Shown here: positions 17,359-26,407 of the stretch, one piece after another
Numbering within the stretch: position 1 is the stretch's first letter
How the letters are laid out: each line of letters starts with the position of its first letter
NCBI GenBank assembly: GCA_049699855.1
Contig: JBNAWM010000001.1
Span: 1-30,526, forward strand
Reading direction: 5' to 3'
DNA from: Candidatus Cryosericum sp.
GTDB lineage: Bacteria; Caldisericota; Caldisericia; Cryosericales; Cryosericaceae
Length of the DNA stretch: 30,526 bases
Position numbers and translations under genes: made by a program
The notes under the pieces: model-generated
Told to the model about the DNA's origin: nothing
What the model saw: the letters and a program-made list of their open reading frames with translations, nothing else
The model's database searches: none

Positions 17359-18483
17359 CTACCAGGATCGGTTGGATGATGCGGTATACCGTGCTATGAA
17401 CTCCCGTTTGTAGGTGGCAAAGGTGCCAGCCTCGATGGCGCCGCGGATCTCATCAATCATGGTCTGCAGGAACTGAAGATTGTGGATGGTTGCCAGCGTT
17501 CCCGCCAGCATTTCATTTGCCTTGAACAGATGCCGAAGATAGGCTCGGGTATAGTTGCGGCAAGCATAGCACGAGCAGTCCTCCTCGATCGGACGAAAGT
17601 CGCGCTCATACAGCTTCTTTGAGATCTTCACAACCCCGTCTCTCGTGAAAACCATCTGGTTCCTGGCCACTCGCGTGGGCAGGACACAGTCGAACATGTC
17701 GATCCCCCGGCTGACTATCTCAAGAATGCCTACTGGATCGCCAAGTCCCATGAAATAGCGTGGGCGGTCATCGGGAGCATTCAGCAGACTGTGGTCAAGC
17801 ATATCCATGGTCAGTTGACGTTCCTCTCCCACGCTGAGACCGCCGATGGCGAATCCCTGTGGATCCAGGTCCATGATCCTCTTGGTCGACTCCTCGCGCA
17901 GGTCACCATAGAAACCACCTTGAGTAATTCCGAACAGGATTTGATGCGACTCGCCCATGGCTGCCTTTGCCCGGCCAAACCACGCTACCGTTCTTGACAG
18001 ATCGCTTACTGCTGCAGCGCGCTCTGAAGGGTACTGGGTACAGATGTCAAGGGGCATGACGATGTCGGAGTTGAGGTTTTTCTGAATTCCGATGACGCGT
18101 TCCGGAGTGAACATGTGGCGGGATCCGTCGATAAACGACTGGAACTCGATCCCATCGTCGCTCTTCTTGCTGATGCGAGACAGACTCATGGCTTGAAACC
18201 CGCCACTGTCGGTCAAGATACTGCGGTCCCAGTGCATGAACTTGTGCAGGCCTCCGGCCTCCCGGATGACATCATCCCCGGGCTGAAGGTAGAGATGATA
18301 CGTGTTCGAGAGAAGGATCTCAAACCCGATTTCCCCAACTTGCTCTGGCGTCAGGCCCTTGACGGTCGCCTGAGTCCCGACAGGCATAAAAACAGGGGTG
18401 CGGACGGTACCGTGAGCAGTTTTCAGGATACCGGTGCGCTCGTGCCCCGTGGCACTTTGATGCGTTACCTCGAAGATGCCCAT
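17359..18483 (-). CDS. tgt: tRNA-guanine transglycosylase (bacterial, preQ1-inserting type)
   Basis: TPVFMPVGT, NTYHL, LTDSGGFQ, QGG, IGGLSVGE, DMFDCVLPTR and Zn site CSCYAC..H. Confidence 0.97.
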   Translation of the reverse strand: MGIFEVTHQSATGHERTGILKTAHGTVRTPVFMPVGTQATVKGLTPEQVGEIGFEILLSNTYHLYLQPGDDVIREAGGLHKFMHWDRSILTDSGGFQAMSLSRISKKSDDGIEFQSFIDGSRHMFTPERVIGIQKNLNSDIVMPLDICTQYPSERAAAVSDLSRTVAWFGRAKAAMGESHQILFGITQGGFYGDLREESTKRIMDLDPQGFAIGGLSVGEERQLTMDMLDHSLLNAPDDRPRYFMGLGDPVGILEIVSRGIDMFDCVLPTRVARNQMVFTRDGVVKISKKLYERDFRPIEEDCSCYACRNYTRAYLRHLFKANEMLAGTLATIHNLQFLQTMIDEIRGAIEAGTFATYKREFIARYTASSNRSW

Positions 18484-18490
18484 GAATGCT

Positions 18491-19513
18491 CTAGAGGATC
18501 AGCATGGCATCGCCAAAGCTGAAGAATCTGTACTTCTGCTCGATGGCCATGTGATAGGCAGTCCACATCAGGTCCATTCCCATGAACGCTCCGACCAGCA
18601 TGAGGAGCGTCGACTTGGGCAGATGGAAATTTGTGACGAGATGATCGAATCCGTGAAACTCATGAGGTGGATAAATGAAGATTCCTGTCTCCCCACTGTC
18701 CGCCCTGACGTTCCCGTCACTATCGATACAGGACTCAAGTGTCCTGGCAACGGTTGTGCCAATGGCAGTCACGGCTCGATGCCCCGCCCGAGCAGTATTG
18801 ATCGCCTCCGCCGTCTCTCTGGGGAGGACAAACCGTTCCGTGTGCATATGGTGGTCCTCTACAGTATCGACCCGGACTGGCTGAAATGTTCCCAGACCAA
18901 CATCGAGGGTCACATGTTGGATGTTCACCCCCGCCTCCTGAATGCTTCTCAGCATTTCTGGAGTGAAGTGCAGACCTGCAGTGGGAGCGGCCACTGACCC
19001 CGGCTCCTTGGCATAAACCGTCTGATAGGATTCGGGATCGCGAGGAAACTGCTTGATGTAGGGTGGTATCTGCACGCGTGCAACCGCCCGGAACTCTTCG
19101 CTCGTATACGGGTCACGCGAGAACTCCAGAACGGCGTCGCCATCGTCATTGCGTTCAACGAGGCGCAAGCTGACGTCAGACGTGACGGTGCACGTTTCGC
19201 CAATGTGCAGACGCTTCAGAGGACGCACCAGAGCGCTGAAGCGCGTTGGTGACCTGCGCCCAGTCAGCAGGATATCAATGGAAGCACCGGTCGCGTCCTT
19301 GCGACAACTGAAACTCGCCTCATTCACGCGCGTATCATTGATGACCATGATGTCTCCAGCACGCAGGTACTCGAGCAGATCGCCAAAGCGCTTGTGCTCG
19401 ATGGTTCGAGTCGCCCTGTTGACCACCATGAGGCGGGCCATGTCACGCCGTTCCAGGGGTGTTTGCGCAATCAGCTCCTTCGGGAGATCGTAGTCAAAAT
19501 CCTCTATGTTCAT
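18491..19513 (-). CDS. queA: S-adenosylmethionine:tRNA ribosyltransferase-isomerase
   Basis: FDYDLPKELIAQTP, NDTRV, PPYI, YQTVYA, GSVAAPTAGLHF, VGLGTFQP, TNFHLPKSTL, YRFFSFGDAMLI. Confidence 0.97.
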   Translation of the reverse strand: MNIEDFDYDLPKELIAQTPLERRDMARLMVVNRATRTIEHKRFGDLLEYLRAGDIMVINDTRVNEASFSCRKDATGASIDILLTGRRSPTRFSALVRPLKRLHIGETCTVTSDVSLRLVERNDDGDAVLEFSRDPYTSEEFRAVARVQIPPYIKQFPRDPESYQTVYAKEPGSVAAPTAGLHFTPEMLRSIQEAGVNIQHVTLDVGLGTFQPVRVDTVEDHHMHTERFVLPRETAEAINTARAGHRAVTAIGTTVARTLESCIDSDGNVRADSGETGIFIYPPHEFHGFDHLVTNFHLPKSTLLMLVGAFMGMDLMWTAYHMAIEQKYRFFSFGDAMLIL

Positions 19514-19516
19514 AGA

Positions 19517-19579
19517 CTATCTCTGCTCCTTTTCATCCATGTATGCACGCTTTGCAAGACCATTTGCTGTTTTCGGCAT
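19517..19579 (-). CDS. Candidate 20-aa leader peptide upstream of and in frame with queA (MPKTANGLAKRAYMDEKEQR)
   Basis: ATG lies 5 nt after the TATACT -10 box. The ORF ends TAG-TCT-ATG(queA). No homology or expression evidence. Confidence 0.3.
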   Translation of the reverse strand: MPKTANGLAKRAYMDEKEQR

Positions 19580-19584
19580 GCTGT

Positions 19585-19612
19585 AGTATAGGGCCGCTGC
19601 GGCATTTGCCAA
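19585..19612 (-). promoter_or_regulatory. Sigma70-type promoter of queA-tgt
   Basis: TTGGCA (19612-19607), 16 nt, TATACT (19590-19585), just downstream of the hflX hairpin. Confidence 0.65.
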
Positions 19613-19633
19613 GAGAAACATTTCATCGCACGG

Positions 19634-19656
19634 TTCAAAGAGCCGGGCGGCGGCTC
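19634..19656 (-). terminator. Probable weak intrinsic terminator after hflX
   Basis: GAGCCG-CCGCC-CGGCTC hairpin followed by TTTGAA (short U tract). Confidence 0.5.
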
Positions 19657-19671
19657 AAAGCAGTATCGCGG

Positions 19672-20919
19672 TCAGCCCTTCCTCAGGAATCGACGAGGCA
19701 GACGCGCTCCAGGGGCAGAAGCGGCTGCTTCGATGATCCAGCTGCGAGCAGAGACTCTCTCCTTCAGGACGACAGCTCCTTCGTAGACTTCTGCTCGAGC
19801 AGCGGGATCCGTAAACGGAATGACGTAGGAACCACGGACAACACGACGCAACAGGAGCGAGCCAATCTGCTCCCGGAGCTCATCGATTCCCTGGGGAACC
19901 GAGCAGGAAATTGGCATTCCCTTCGCAAGGCTTAGTATCTCACTCCGCCTGCGATCGTCAACAGTGTCGATCTTGTTGAACAGCAGCAACTGGGGAATTT
20001 CACTGCAACCAATGCGTTCGAGAACCTCATCGACAATGCGTATCCGCTCTTGGAGATCGCGTGTGCCAGCATCCACCACATGAAGCAGAAGATCAGCCTC
20101 ACGTGCCTCCTCAAGCGTGGACCTGAAGGAGTCCATGAGAGATTCGGGCAAGTCACGGATGAAACCAACCGTATCGATGAGAATCGCTGATTGGCGTCCA
20201 AAGCGAACGGGTCTGGCCGCAGTGTCAAGCGTTGCAAAAAGCTTGTCTTCGGACCGCAATGTCGACCCGCTCAAGAGATTGATGAGCGTGCTTTTTCCTG
20301 CATTGGTATAGCCAACAACAGCTATCTTGGCAACAGCAGACTGCTGCCTGCTCTGTGCCTTCACCGCGTAGCGCGTGTCGACCTGCTTTACTTCTTCACG
20401 AAGTTCGTGGATCTCCGATCTTTTTGCTCTGCGACGTTTTTGAAACAGGGTCTCGCCGGGTCCCCTCATGCCAATGAAACCAGCCTGTTGATCGTATCCC
20501 GCATTCATCGCTCGGAGCTGTGTCAGTTCGAACAGACGTTCAGCGATGCGCACCCGCTTCTTCGCCTCCGCCGTCTGAGCCTGGGACGCGAACGTTTCCA
20601 GGATCAGTCGTGCTCGATCCATGACCGGGATCTCCAGGTGATCCACCAATTGCCGGTACTGAAGAGGCGTGAGTTCAGAGTCAAAAATGACAAGATCGGC
20701 TCTCAGGGCCTGGAGAAACTCATGAAGTTCTTCAAGTTGACCTTTTCCGAGGAGCAGCCGCAGGGCAGCGCGTTGAACATATGTTTTGACTTCCAGCACC
20801 TCGATGCCAAGCCCTTCTGCGAGTTGCCGCGTCTCATCTGGTCGAGCCGGGTCCAACAGCTCACCCAGTTTTCTCACACTCACGATAACAGCTGTTCGTG
20901 CCGCGTCGCCGCTGCTCAT
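19672..20919 (-). CDS. hflX: Ribosome-splitting GTPase HflX
   Basis: LTPLQ, DR..LILE.F..QA.T.EA, RGPGET, VGYTNAGKSTL, LFATLD, DTVGFI, NKID. Confidence 0.96.
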   Translation of the reverse strand: MSSGDAARTAVIVSVRKLGELLDPARPDETRQLAEGLGIEVLEVKTYVQRAALRLLLGKGQLEELHEFLQALRADLVIFDSELTPLQYRQLVDHLEIPVMDRARLILETFASQAQTAEAKKRVRIAERLFELTQLRAMNAGYDQQAGFIGMRGPGETLFQKRRRAKRSEIHELREEVKQVDTRYAVKAQSRQQSAVAKIAVVGYTNAGKSTLINLLSGSTLRSEDKLFATLDTAARPVRFGRQSAILIDTVGFIRDLPESLMDSFRSTLEEAREADLLLHVVDAGTRDLQERIRIVDEVLERIGCSEIPQLLLFNKIDTVDDRRRSEILSLAKGMPISCSVPQGIDELREQIGSLLLRRVVRGSYVIPFTDPAARAEVYEGAVVLKERVSARSWIIEAAASAPGARLPRRFLRKG

Positions 20920-21647
20920 GCCTGCCTCAGAACATACTTGCTGATTAATTCTTCCGAATAGTTGACCGTCGACAGCGGATCGATGCCGTGCTCCCTCAAC
21001 AATCTCTCACATTCTGTCATGACCCCCACCGTGTAGGATATGTGAGAATCGGAGTTCATGAGAATTGGAGCGTGATGCTTGGCAAGCAGCTCGAGCACCC
21101 GATCGTAGTGCGCAACATTCGCCGGCTTCCAGGCATGAAGTGCCGACTGATTGATCTCGACCAGCACGCCTTTCTCCGCAGCGGCCGCAATCGAATCCTC
21201 AAGGTCCACAGGATATGGAAAGCGAGGATCACCGATGTGAGCGATCACAGTGATGCGGTTCTTGTTGATGGCTTTCAGGAGAGCCTGGGTATTCTCCACA
21301 ACCGATGATCCACCGTATCCCGTGGAGTTGTGGAACCCCGCAACCACGATGTCCAGGTCATGCAAGAGCTTCTCTGGCACATCCAGATTGCCCCACGTAT
21401 CGGTAATGTTGGCTTCGACGCCCACCAAGACCCGAATGCCCGGGAGTTCGCGTAACGTGTCCTGCCTGACCAAATTCTTGAAATAGTCAAGCTTTGGTCC
21501 ATCGACCCGTGCAGGTCCATGATCCGTAATTGCAAGATAGGCAAGACCGCGCTCCTGGGCAGCAGTGATGACTTCCTGCAACGTCGAGAAGGCATGTCCC
21601 GAGAACACCGTGTGCACATGAAAGTCTCCAATTGGGCGCCGTGTCAT
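20916..21647 (-). CDS. PHP-family phosphatase (YcdX-like)
   Basis: DFHVHTVFSGHAFST..E, AITDHGP, GVEANI, IAH, EIN and NSDSH metal-binding motifs. Confidence 0.9.
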   Translation of the reverse strand: MTRRPIGDFHVHTVFSGHAFSTLQEVITAAQERGLAYLAITDHGPARVDGPKLDYFKNLVRQDTLRELPGIRVLVGVEANITDTWGNLDVPEKLLHDLDIVVAGFHNSTGYGGSSVVENTQALLKAINKNRITVIAHIGDPRFPYPVDLEDSIAAAAEKGVLVEINQSALHAWKPANVAHYDRVLELLAKHHAPILMNSDSHISYTVGVMTECERLLREHGIDPLSTVNYSEELISKYVLRQA

Positions 21648-22000
21648 CTTTGACGTCCTTCATCCCGCCTCAGCAGTGAGGACACGACCATGCTGCCGAA
21701 CGAGACGAGCAGCCATCCGAACAATGCAGCCCAGAAGCCATGAAGCTGGAAGCCTGGCACCAGCCACGCAGTCAAGCCCATGGCTACCGCATCGATCACA
21801 AGCGTGAAGAGCCCCAGAGTCAGAATGCTGAGCGGCAAACTGATGATCAGAAGAATCGGACGGATCAGTGCATTGACGAGCCCAAACATCAAAGCCGCCC
21901 ATAGAGCCGTCCAAAATGTACCAACATTGAACCCTGGGACAATGCGACTGACTGCAAGAAACACCAGGGCATTCAGCAACCATCTTAACATCACATCCAT
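21644..22000 (-). CDS. YvlD/DUF360-type 4-TM membrane protein ('phage holin family' annotation)
   Basis: RWLLNAL, GLVNALIRPIL..ISLP..ILTLGLF..VI, VPGF, F..AL pattern. AGAGGAG RBS. Confidence 0.85.
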   Translation of the reverse strand: MDVMLRWLLNALVFLAVSRIVPGFNVGTFWTALWAALMFGLVNALIRPILLIISLPLSILTLGLFTLVIDAVAMGLTAWLVPGFQLHGFWAALFGWLLVSFGSMVVSSLLRRDEGRQR

Positions 22001-22017
22001 ATGGTCTCCTCTCTTAC

Positions 22018-23718
22018 CTAACGATGCTTCAAGCCGCGCTCATGCAGCCTGTGGAACTCGCGCTTTCCAAAGCGATGCGCTTCATCCCTGACTGCCATCA
22101 GGAGCAGCAGAGCTGGCGAATCATGCGCAAGACGAACTGGTTCTGACCATTGCTCGTGATACAGCAGTTCCTCCCTCTTTGCAATTCCGACTACGGGGAC
22201 CTTGACTCCCGCCGCATCTCGTGCGCCACACACAGCCGCGACTTGAGACAGGCCCCCGTCAACCAGCACCAGATTTGCTGGATCTCCAAACGTCACATCA
22301 TCCCACCGGGCAAATCTCCGAGTCAGAGCCTCCGCAAGCATTGCGGGATCGTTGGGACCATGAACCGAACGAATATTGAAGAGCCTGTACTGGCTCTTCG
22401 CCGGTTTGCCTGCGATGAACACGACCATCGATACAGTAGCATCTGTTCCAGAGATGTTGGAAACGTCGTAGCCCTCGATACGGACGGGCAGCTGGTCAAG
22501 GTCAAGAGCTGCCTTGAGAACGGCCAGCTGTTGGGGAAAGCTGCTCTCACGCGACATCGACAAGAGTTTCGCTTCTGCATTCTGAGCAGCAAAGGCTAGC
22601 AGTCTTCCCGCTTCCTTCGAGCGTGGTGAAACCAGAACGACCGGGGTGCCAAGCTCTGCACGGAGACGGCCCCGGACTATGTCAGCGTCGGTGCCCACGA
22701 TTTCCAGAGCGATGCGGCCGGGCGGCGATAAATGGAATCGACCGTAAAAATCGATGATGAGATCCGCCACCAGAGCGGGGTCGTTGCCGCCTCTTTCCTT
22801 CAGGTCGTAGACAAATTCCGAAGATGCAATGAGCTTTCCCTCGCGCAGCGCCTGGCGCACAAGCGCACCGAGGTGACCTTTCTGGTGAAAGACAAACACG
22901 TCCATGTCCCGTACATGCGGGGCAAAGACGGCATATCTTTCAGACAGGCCCTTTAAAGCCAGATACGAGTCACGATACCGGACAGCACGCTCGTACTGCT
23001 GTGCTCGTGAGGCCTGGTTCATATCATTTTCAAGCTGCCTCAGGACAGGTTTCATCTTGCCATTTAGAAACTCAGCCAAATTCGCCACAACGTGAGCGTA
23101 TTCAGTTTGAGAACACCTGTTTCCGCATGGAGCAAGGCACAAACCCAGATCAAAGTCCAGACACGGCTTCGTGGGCTTTGATGGATCGATCTTTCGATGG
23201 CACGTTCGTACAGGAAAGGCCCGTCGCAAACTGTCCAGGCCCAGATTCAACAAACCGGACTTTGGATATGGACCGAAATAGCGGCTTCTGCCCGTCACTA
23301 CCCTGCGCGTCTTGCGAAGGATAGGAAATGAGTCACCTGTCAGCTCAATGAGCGGATAGGACTTGCCATCGACCAGCTGAATGTTGTAGTGCGGCCGATA
23401 GTTCTTAATGAAATTGGACTCAAGAACCAGTGCCTGGTCTTCATTCCCCGCCGTGATAAAACTGAAGGAGCGGGCTCTGCCAACCATCGCTTTCGTCTTT
23501 GGGCTCAGATCCTTCCGGAAGTACGATTCCACACGTTTCCGCAAACTCTTGGCTTTGCCGACATAGATGATCTGGTCATCGGCATCCCGTATGACATAAA
23601 CTCCCGGCGCGGCCGGGAGTTTATCCAGAGCTCCTCTCTCGAAAGCCAGTCTGTATAAGCTGTCCAGGCTTCCCGGTTCGCTACTTGGCGTATTCGGAAT
23701 ATCTGGTCTCACGGACAA
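22018..23718 (-). CDS. uvrC: Excinuclease ABC subunit C, lacking the C-terminal HhH domain
   Basis: GIY-YIG (PGVY..IIYVGKA..LRKRV.SYF), Cys cluster, UVR helix and RNase H-like domain (IEGYDVSN, VDGG, RDEAHRF). Start uncertain: TTG 23718 or GTG 23712 after AGGTGA, inside the rny 3' end. Confidence 0.93.
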   Translation of the reverse strand: MSVRPDIPNTPSSEPGSLDSLYRLAFERGALDKLPAAPGVYVIRDADDQIIYVGKAKSLRKRVESYFRKDLSPKTKAMVGRARSFSFITAGNEDQALVLESNFIKNYRPHYNIQLVDGKSYPLIELTGDSFPILRKTRRVVTGRSRYFGPYPKSGLLNLGLDSLRRAFPVRTCHRKIDPSKPTKPCLDFDLGLCLAPCGNRCSQTEYAHVVANLAEFLNGKMKPVLRQLENDMNQASRAQQYERAVRYRDSYLALKGLSERYAVFAPHVRDMDVFVFHQKGHLGALVRQALREGKLIASSEFVYDLKERGGNDPALVADLIIDFYGRFHLSPPGRIALEIVGTDADIVRGRLRAELGTPVVLVSPRSKEAGRLLAFAAQNAEAKLLSMSRESSFPQQLAVLKAALDLDQLPVRIEGYDVSNISGTDATVSMVVFIAGKPAKSQYRLFNIRSVHGPNDPAMLAEALTRRFARWDDVTFGDPANLVLVDGGLSQVAAVCGARDAAGVKVPVVGIAKREELLYHEQWSEPVRLAHDSPALLLLMAVRDEAHRFGKREFHRLHERGLKHR

Positions 23719-25231
23719 CGGTCACCTTTATCTGCCCAGGATACGAGACTTCAAGTTCCACCTTACGCGCGACATCCATAGCAATCTTTGCAGCCATGGA
23801 TTCGTCCACATCATCTGGTTCGACCAGAATGCGCAGTTCGCGACCCGCCTGAATGGCGAACGACTTCTTGATGCCCGGAATGGAGTTGGCGATCGACTCC
23901 AGTTTCTCTAGACGCTTGATGTAGCTTTCGACACTCTCTCGGCGCGCTCCAGGCCTTGAGGCCGAGAGTGCATCAGCAACGTGGACAATCACGTCAAGCA
24001 CTGTCTCCATCGGCACATCTGAATGATGCGCAGCGACGGCGTGCACAATGTTCTCGGGCTCGCCCGCCTTGTTCAGAATGTCTGCGCCAATCAGGGCATG
24101 CGGTCCCTCGATCTCGTAGTCGACAGCCTTTCCGATATCATGCAGGAAGCCCGCACGCTTCGCCGGACCGGCAGGAAGTTTTAGTTCCGATGCTATGTTG
24201 GCTGCGATGAACGCGGCCTCCATGGAATGAGCAAGAACGTTCTGCCCGTAACTGGTGCGGTATTTGAGGCGGCCAACGAGGCGAGTGATATCGTCAGAGA
24301 GACCGGCGATCCCGACACGGTTCGCGGCCTGCTGTCCCTCGCTGAAAACGCGCTCGTCCATCTGCTGCTCGGCTTCCTCGACAAACTGCTCGATGTGCGC
24401 CGGATGAATCCGTCCATCGACCACCAGCCGCTCCAGAGCGATGCGTGCCACCTCACGGCGAATTGGGTTAAATGCCGAAAGCGTGACGGCTTCCGGGGTA
24501 TCGTCGATCAGCAGATCCACGCCCGTCAGCGTCTCGAATGCACGTATGTTTCTCCCTTCGCGGCCGATGATGCGTCCCTTCCAATCTTCGGAGGGCAGCG
24601 GAACAACGCTGATGGTCGCCTCTCCGACGTAGTCTGTCGCAATCTTCTGGATCGATGAAGCGATAACCTCTGCAGCTTTTGCATCTGCTTGAAGCTCGGC
24701 TTCGTGCACGACCTCGCCAACCATCTTGGCAACACGCGATCGCGTCTCCTTCTCAGCCCGGTCGAGAATGATTGCCCGTGCCTCTTCTGGATCCAGCTGT
24801 GCAACACGGTGAAGTTCGGCCTCTGCGGCTGCCTGCTGTTGATCGAGAACTTCCATCTTGCTGCGTAATTTCTCCTGGGCCGCGTCCAAGTCACGATCTT
24901 TTTGTTCAACCTGCTCTGTCCGATGGTCAAGAAACGTCTCTTTCTGAATGAGGCGATGTTCCATTTTCTGCAGTTCAGCTTGCCGGACATTGAATTTGTT
25001 CTCCAGGACGTTCTTCTTTTCCTCCAGTTCCTCCTGAAGTTTGAGCCTGTTCTTGGCATTTTCAGCTTCTATGCTTGAACGCGCTTCCTCTTCCATCTTG
25101 CGTACAAGCTCGCGCGCTGACTCGACACGATTTCGAGCTATGTAGCCCTCAACCATGAGTCCGATAACAATGCCAAGAATCAGCATCCCTGCATATATAG
25201 CAGAGGAGATGATCCCGTTCATTCCAGGCAT
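23681..25231 (-). CDS. rny: Ribonuclease Y
   Basis: N-terminal TM helix, coiled coil, KH (KGRIIGREGRNIR), HD (RTSYGQN..H, HDIGK), SRPGAR, AIQAGRE, YPGQIKVTV. Confidence 0.97.
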   Translation of the reverse strand: MPGMNGIISSAIYAGMLILGIVIGLMVEGYIARNRVESARELVRKMEEEARSSIEAENAKNRLKLQEELEEKKNVLENKFNVRQAELQKMEHRLIQKETFLDHRTEQVEQKDRDLDAAQEKLRSKMEVLDQQQAAAEAELHRVAQLDPEEARAIILDRAEKETRSRVAKMVGEVVHEAELQADAKAAEVIASSIQKIATDYVGEATISVVPLPSEDWKGRIIGREGRNIRAFETLTGVDLLIDDTPEAVTLSAFNPIRREVARIALERLVVDGRIHPAHIEQFVEEAEQQMDERVFSEGQQAANRVGIAGLSDDITRLVGRLKYRTSYGQNVLAHSMEAAFIAANIASELKLPAGPAKRAGFLHDIGKAVDYEIEGPHALIGADILNKAGEPENIVHAVAAHHSDVPMETVLDVIVHVADALSASRPGARRESVESYIKRLEKLESIANSIPGIKKSFAIQAGRELRILVEPDDVDESMAAKIAMDVARKVELEVSYPGQIKVTVVRETRYSEYAK

Positions 25232-25308
25232 ATGTCTACCATCCTTATTGTCACTGACTTCGACCCTCTACTGGACGACCGAAGGCAAGACTAAAAATCG
25301 CCGTTCAA

Positions 25309-26373
25309 TCACTCCGCTGGAGCAGCATCCACTTGAGGCGATAGCTTCTCTCGAACTTTCTCCTTGATCTCCGCCATGACGTCGGCATGTTCCTTCAGGT
25401 AAGCAGCAGCATTGTCTCTTCCCTGCGCCAGTCTGGTTCCGCCATAGGCATACCAGGAGCCACTCTTCTCGATGATATCAAACTGGACTGCCAAGTCGAC
25501 GACTTCTCCAAACGTCTGGATCCCTTTGCCGAAGATGACATCAAACTGGGCAACCCGATAGGGGGGCGCCATCTTGTTCTTTACAACTTTCACCTTCACT
25601 TTGTTTCCAATGACGGCATCACCCTCGGTAATGCTCTCGACCCGGCGAACCTCCAGCCTGACGGAAGAGTAGAACTTGAGCGCCCGTCCACCTGGTGTCA
25701 CTTCCGGATTTCCATAGCTTACTCCGATCTTTTCGCGCAACTGATTGATAAAAATGGCGCATGTCTGTGACTTGTTCAGCACACCGGTCAGCTTCCGAAG
25801 CGCCTGCGACATTAGTCGCGCTTGAAGACCGACGAATTGGTCTCCCATCATGCCCTCGAGTTCTGCCCTCGGCACCAGTGCCGCAACAGAATCAAGCGCA
25901 AATACGTCCAGCCCACCTGATTGCACAAGCATGTCGGCGATTTCAAGGGCCTGTTCGGCGTAGTCTGGCTGAGATATGATCAGCTCGTCCACGTCGACGC
26001 CAATGCTCTTTGCATAGACAGGATCAAGTGCATGCTCGGCGTCAATAAATGCCGCTCTCCCCCCTGCCTTCTGCGCCTCTGCGATAGCCTGGAGAGCAAG
26101 AGTCGTCTTGCCTCCACCCTCTGGGCCGTAAATCTCGACGATTCGTCCCCTGGGAAGTCCTCCAATGCCGAGTGCCGCATCGAGCGAAAGGCTGCCCGTC
26201 GAAATAGCCGGCACCTGAACTCTCTCGGACCGGTCTCCGAGTTTCATGACCGAACCCTTTCCAAATTGCTTCTCTATCTGCGACATCGCAGCAGCCAGAG
26301 CTCTGTCACGATCTGTCACTCTGTCGGCAGCCTCATTCTTCAGTATCTTATCGGGCGTCTTTCCGTTTTCCAT
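25309..26373 (-). CDS. recA: Recombinase A
   Basis: [71 protein letters not shown]. Confidence 0.98.
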   Translation of the reverse strand: MENGKTPDKILKNEAADRVTDRDRALAAAMSQIEKQFGKGSVMKLGDRSERVQVPAISTGSLSLDAALGIGGLPRGRIVEIYGPEGGGKTTLALQAIAEAQKAGGRAAFIDAEHALDPVYAKSIGVDVDELIISQPDYAEQALEIADMLVQSGGLDVFALDSVAALVPRAELEGMMGDQFVGLQARLMSQALRKLTGVLNKSQTCAIFINQLREKIGVSYGNPEVTPGGRALKFYSSVRLEVRRVESITEGDAVIGNKVKVKVVKNKMAPPYRVAQFDVIFGKGIQTFGEVVDLAVQFDIIEKSGSWYAYGGTRLAQGRDNAAAYLKEHADVMAEIKEKVREKLSPQVDAAPAE

Positions 26374-26407
26374 ATAGCCTCCCCGTTTGGTGTAGCCATT
26401 ACGGTAC

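Noticed and set aside
19514..19584. preQ1 riboswitch ahead of queA-tgt
   Set aside because: No preQ1-I-like stem with a 3' A-rich tail and expression platform is recognisable. An Rfam/Infernal scan would be decisive.
21644..22000. 'Phage holin' as a sign of a prophage
   Set aside because: This YvlD/DUF360-type family is commonly chromosomal. There is no endolysin, integrase or structural gene nearby, and it is coupled to housekeeping genes.
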